Of a stretch of 64,000 bases of DNA, positions 59,957-64,000 are shown piece after piece; the first letter of the stretch is position 1; every line of letters begins with the position of its first letter. The notes beneath the pieces are model-generated. The model did not search any database. It saw only the letters and a program-made list of their open reading frames with translations, and had not been told where the DNA came from. The stretch is from Tetramitus jugosus (Eukaryota; Protista; Heterolobosea). The DNA is taken from contig OW569346.1 in NCBI GenBank assembly GCA_937625935.1, forward strand, positions 623,803 through 687,802. Direction: 5' to 3'. The position numbers and the translations under genes are program-made.

Positions 59957-60037
59957 ACGAATGTCATGTGAAATGGCCTAACCAAAAATTCCTTTTTTTT
60001 TGGGAAAACGACCATGGCCATTTCACATGACATTCGT
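59957..60037. promoter_or_regulatory. 22-bp perfect inverted repeat upstream of the HMG/F-box gene
   Basis: ACGAATGTCATGTGAAATGGCC (59957-59978) and GGCCATTTCACATGACATTCGT (60016-60037), 37-nt spacer; each arm contains TCATGTGA. Confidence 0.6.
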
Positions 60038-60073
60038 TAACACCACAAGAAAAAAAAGGAATCAGCCACTAAG

Positions 60074-61105
60074 ATGAGCAAGAGGAAGGCAAAAGTAATT
60101 GAAATCGTATCTGACGAAGAAGAAGAAGAAGAAGAGGAGGAAGAAATCAAGATTAAGAAAAAGAAGACTGCTGCAAAGAAAGTTCCATCAGATTATGTCG
60201 GCTTCTGCAAAGAAGAAAGAGCAGAATTAAAGAGAGAATTTCCGGATATGAAGACAAAGGATATCGCAAAAGAGGTAAATGCCAGATGGAAGCTCGTCAA
60301 TGAGAAATATGAAGCAATGGACACGAGGTTTGATGAAATCCCACCTGAACTGTTGACCAATATTCTTGACTACATTCCAGTTGGTAGTAGGAGTGCATTG
60401 AACTTGAGAACTTGTAGTAGCCAGATTGATGCTTGCTTCAGAGAGCATAGACATTATCCACTCTATCAATACAAGTTCTCTGTGCCACAAATGATGAAAT
60501 ATTTGAGTGATAACAGCAATTTGTTGAAATCACATCAAATTGACAGCGCACTCAATTTGTCTTCAAAGTCACAAGAGTTTATTCATGCAGTGTCCCTCCT
60601 AGAACACAAGAAAAAGATTTGGGAGGAGTGGGTCGTTGAGAGTAAGGAGTACGAACATCCAACGGGTGTAAGTTTGACGCAATCTCAAAGACAAACAGTG
60701 TTTGACAATCTCTATAGCAGAGTCAATTTTGAGATGATGAATGAATCCACTGAATTCAATCATCGTGGCAATTATAGTAGCAATGTCACTACTGGTCGTA
60801 TTCGAATTGGAAACGATTTTTTGATTTCTTATACTTTCTCACAGGACGACAATGAAATTTTGGAAGGTTCTTTTTATCAGAGGAAGCGTGATCTTACCAT
60901 TAAATTTCTGTCTGTCAGGGGTAAACCAGTCAAGCATATCAGTTTTGATTGGGAGCACCGATATCCAAGAAGCAAGACGGATGGTGGTGTATTGAACAAG
61001 GTAAGAGATACATTGGGGTTGAATCAGATCCGTAATGATAACGATTTCATCGATCTTCTTACATTCGCATTACCATTTAATTGGTTAGAGCGGATGGACT
61101 TCTAA
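60074..61105 (+). CDS. HMG-box + F-box protein
   Basis: KKVPSDYVGFCKEERAELKREFPDMKTKDIAKEVNARWK (HMG/YABBY-like box) directly followed by F-box RFDEIPPELLTNILDYIP...LRTCSSQI. Confidence 0.75.
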   Translation: MSKRKAKVIEIVSDEEEEEEEEEEIKIKKKKTAAKKVPSDYVGFCKEERAELKREFPDMKTKDIAKEVNARWKLVNEKYEAMDTRFDEIPPELLTNILDYIPVGSRSALNLRTCSSQIDACFREHRHYPLYQYKFSVPQMMKYLSDNSNLLKSHQIDSALNLSSKSQEFIHAVSLLEHKKKIWEEWVVESKEYEHPTGVSLTQSQRQTVFDNLYSRVNFEMMNESTEFNHRGNYSSNVTTGRIRIGNDFLISYTFSQDDNEILEGSFYQRKRDLTIKFLSVRGKPVKHISFDWEHRYPRSKTDGGVLNKVRDTLGLNQIRNDNDFIDLLTFALPFNWLERMDF

Positions 61106-61951
61106 CGAGTATGTCTATGAAGAGTTGGGTGAAACGATCACAATGTTAACGGACTTGGGTTTTACTGCAAAAATCGGAACAATGGAAATTCCGAAAGCTG
61201 GATGGTCTCAAGTAGTTTATGATACAGTTACCGTGTTGACAATTAGTTGGTAGTGTGTTGCATGGATTTTGAAAAATAAAGACCACCTGTTTAATTTGGT
61301 AGTAATTGTTTGCTCTTTGTTGTTCAGGATTACACCGCCTGCACATTCCGAAACTCCGTCGATCTCAAAATGGAAGAACTCGTGTTTTTCGCGATCCATC
61401 AGGTCCGATCACAAGCTGTCAATAAAGTGCACCAAAAACAGTAACAACACATTACCAAACATAATAACTGCATAATTTTAGTATCGATTCGTGTTACAGC
61501 ATTGTCCTGCACAAAAACCCATGGTCAGGTACTGGACAACGATGTACCACACGGACGTGCACTCACTACGCGAAGATCCAACCTGATGGATTTCCGACGG
61601 CTTGCATCGAGCGGAGTATCAGCAGTTCAGTCCCAAGATTTTGTGACCCTCATGGTCCACTTGTTCATCAATGAAGGTGTATTCTCGAACAACAAAGAAG
61701 AAGTACCATGCAGCCCCATTGTTCATGCACTCAGAGCAATGTACATTGCTGCCAGAGAGGCTAGTGTGCAACAGATGGTTGGCGCACTCCGTGATCACAG
61801 AATTAATCAATTGAATCAGAAAAATAGTACCAAGATGCATATAAGACTGTCATCCTAGATAAGGGCACATTCAAGAGAAAGTTTAGTGCTTTGAATAAGA
61901 AAGAAGAAGAAGAGATTGAAATTGTCAAGGAAAAGTTTCGCAAAATAGGGG

Positions 61952-61971
61952 GGGTTGGGTTTGGGTTTGGG
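61952..61971 (+). repeat. Interstitial telomeric 20-mer GGGTTGGGTTTGGGTTTGGG (copy 2)
   Basis: Identical to 54843-54862. Confidence 0.9.
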
Positions 61972-62013
61972 TCTGTCTTGTTGTTAAGGAAAACCCGAGA
62001 ATTTAGCTGTATT

Positions 62014-62025
62014 TGGTATCAGAGC
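62014..62025 (+). mobile_element. Putative tRNA-iMet primer binding site TGGTATCAGAGC (LTR-retroelement/pararetrovirus type)
   Basis: Exact 12-mer complementary to the 3' end of plant-type initiator tRNA-Met; no LTR pair or intact gag-pol seen. Confidence 0.45.
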
Positions 62026-62539
62026 GTTGAAATTTACAGTTTAGTGTAAAAACAAAATTTAGTTCGGTTGAGTTGTGGCTTATAGGTTGAGGGAGTAAAA
62101 AGAAGACATATAGGACAAGGGTTGAATGGATTTTGGAGTCTATTATCAGATCGGAGATATTGAGGTTCAACGAACAGGGAGGTTCACGGTCCAGGACCGT
62201 GAAATGATTTCCTGTATTTCATCTCAGGTCATTTGTCAGTGGAGCTTTTTGGATCCAGCAAAGAATTTCGACCAATGAGCGAAGTGATTACAACGAATTC
62301 AGAAGGAATACAATACAGCAACATGAATATAACAGAAGACTTGTGAAGGAGTTCAACCTGAAATACAATGGCAGTCAATAGTTAACTATATTTTGTCTTG
62401 ATCATGATCTGTGACTACTAATTACGATTTATAGATACGCCGCAACCTGATTTTTAAGTAGTTTGATTTGATGTCTTTCTGATCTATCTGTACTAAAGTG
62501 CAAGTGCTTCTGTTGAAAAGCAGATTTCGGTTGCATCGA

Positions 62540-62753
62540 CCTCCAACCAGCATATAAACCCAAATCCCACCCTTTTTTACTTTTTGATTGTATATCTACA
62601 GAATAGGTCGTAGGGGACTCTGTAGTCATTCAATGAATCTTCAATTGAATCTCTGTTGAATCGCGAACTAATTATGTCAAAAGTACATTTAGGGTTGACT
62701 TCTCCTCCAACCAGTGTATAAACCCTTACCCAACCTTTTTTCTTTTTGACTGT
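62540..62753. repeat. Diverged direct repeat (~50 bp, ~164-bp spacing) in the telomere-adjacent sequence
   Basis: cctccaaccag-catataaaccc...ccttttttactttttgattgt (62540-62591) vs cctccaaccag-tgtataaaccc...ccttttttctttttgactgt (62704-62753). Confidence 0.6.
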
Positions 62754-62826
62754 TCAGGACTCAGAGCATTTCTACGTCAAAATTATCATATCTGTTCGTT
62801 ATCTATTGGTTCTGAAGTTATTTACA

Positions 62827-63735
62827 TGGGTTTGGGTTTGGGTTTGGGTTTGGGTTTGGGTTTGGGTTTGGGTTTGGGTTTGGGTTTGGGTTTGGGTTTG
62901 GGTTTGGGTTTGGGTTTGGGTTTGGGTTTGGGTTTGGGTTTGGGTTTGGGTTTGGGTTTGGGTTTGGGTTTGGGTTTGGGTTTGGGTTTGGGTTTGGGTT
63001 TGGGTTTGGGTTTGGGTTTGGGTTTGGGTTTGGGTTTGGGTTTGGGTTTGGGTTTGGGTTTGGGTTTGGGTTTGGGTTTGGGTTTGGGTTTGGGTTTGGG
63101 TTTGGGTTTGGGTTTGGGTTTGGGTTTGGGTTTGGGTTTGGGTTTGGGTTTGGGTTTGGGTTTGGGTTTGGGTTTGGGTTTGGGTTTGGGTTTGGGTTTG
63201 GGTTTGGGTTTGGGTTTGGGTTTGGGTTTGGGTTTGGGTTTGGGTTTGGGTTTGGGTTTGGGTTTGGGTTTGGGTTTGGGTTTGGGTTTGGGTTTGGGTT
63301 TGGGTTTGGGTTTGGGTTTGGGTTTGGGTTTGGGTTTGGGTTTGGGTTTGGGTTTGGGTTTGGGTTTGGGTTTGGGTTTGGGTTTGGGTTTGGGTTTGGG
63401 TTTGGGTTTGGGTTTGGGTTTGGGTTTGGGTTTGGGTTTGGGTTTGGGTTTGGGTTTGGGTTTGGGTTTGGGTTTGGGTTTGGGTTTGGGTTTGGGTTTG
63501 GGTTTGGGTTTGGGTTTGGGTTTGGGTTTGGGTTTGGGTTTGGGTTTGGGTTTGGGTTTGGGTTTGGGTTTGGGTTTGGGTTTGGGTTTGGGTTTGGGTT
63601 TGGGTTTGGGTTTGGGTTTGGGTTTGGGTTTGGGTTTGGGTTTGGGTTTGGGTTTGGGTTTGGGTTGGGTTTGGGTTTGGGTGGTTTGGGTTTGGGTTTG
63701 GGTTTGGGTTGGGGTTTGGGTTTGGGTTGGGTTGG
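62827..63735 (+). repeat. Telomere (TTTGGG)n, ~0.9 kb
   Basis: About 140 perfect hexamers with the G-rich strand pointing to the sequence end, degenerating after ~63660. Confidence 0.95.
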
Positions 63736-64000
63736 AATAATTAAAAAAAATATAAATCTTAAAAAAATAAAAAAAAATTAAAAAAATAAAAAAAAAAAAA
63801 ATTAAAAAAAAAATTAAAAAATATTAAATAAAAAAATAATTTAAAATAATAAAAAAAAAAAATAAAAAAAATAAAAAAATAAAAAAATAAAAAAAAATAT
63901 AAAAAAATAAAAATAAATAAAAATAAAAAAATTAAAATAAATAAAATAATAAAAAAAATAAAAAAAATAAAAACTAAAAATAAAAAAAAAAAATTCTAAT
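63736..64000. other. A-rich low-complexity tail distal to the telomere, probable base-calling artefact
   Basis: Almost only A/T, irregular T(1-2)A(n) runs directly after degenerate telomere repeats. Confidence 0.6.

Noticed and set aside
62746-63744. Long WV and GL dipeptide ORFs
   Set aside because: They are translations of the telomeric hexamer, not genes.
63736-64000. A-rich tail as a real terminal structure or retroelement poly(A)
   Set aside because: Irregular, follows degrading telomere sequence at the contig end; nanopore base-callers are known to miscall telomeric repeats as A-rich runs.
1-64000. CRISPR array, rRNA, tRNA, or prokaryotic operon/defence system
   Set aside because: No regularly spaced repeat-spacer array or recognisable RNA gene was seen; spliceosomal introns and a telomere show the sequence is eukaryotic.

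Overview
Eukaryotic (protist) chromosome end using the standard genetic code, with short GT-AG introns and short intergenic gaps; the style is compatible with a heterolobosean/Discoba-type amoeboflagellate, which is inference only. Bases 1 to ~36,900 are an intact gene-dense arm: LMBRD2, a Kelch protein, UTP5/WDR43, a ~4,300-aa UBR4/BIG, RNase T2, two secreted proteins with bacterial-type SH3b domains (one with a C39-like papain-fold catalytic domain), an F-box/LRR protein, a PB1-NYN(YacP-like) protein, a Munc13-homology protein, VMP1, PIG-Q/GPI1 and a two-pore K+ channel. From ~36,900 to 62,826 is a subtelomeric mosaic. It holds truncated or frameshifted fragments (LRR, periplasmic-binding protein, ankyrin, ThiM, TARG1-type macrodomain, piggyBac transposase), chimeric F-box genes (putative H2B-H2A histone doublet-F-box-LRR, F-box-ankyrin, HMG-F-box) and a 33-bp-TIR element. 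It also holds a ~5 kb intronless, Cys-rich orphan, virus-like block inside a 7.1 kb segment bracketed by two identical telomeric 20-mers (GGGTTGGGTTTGGGTTTGGG), followed by a tRNA-iMet-type primer binding site. The window ends in ~0.9 kb of (TTTGGG)n telomere and an A-rich tail that is probably a read-end artefact.
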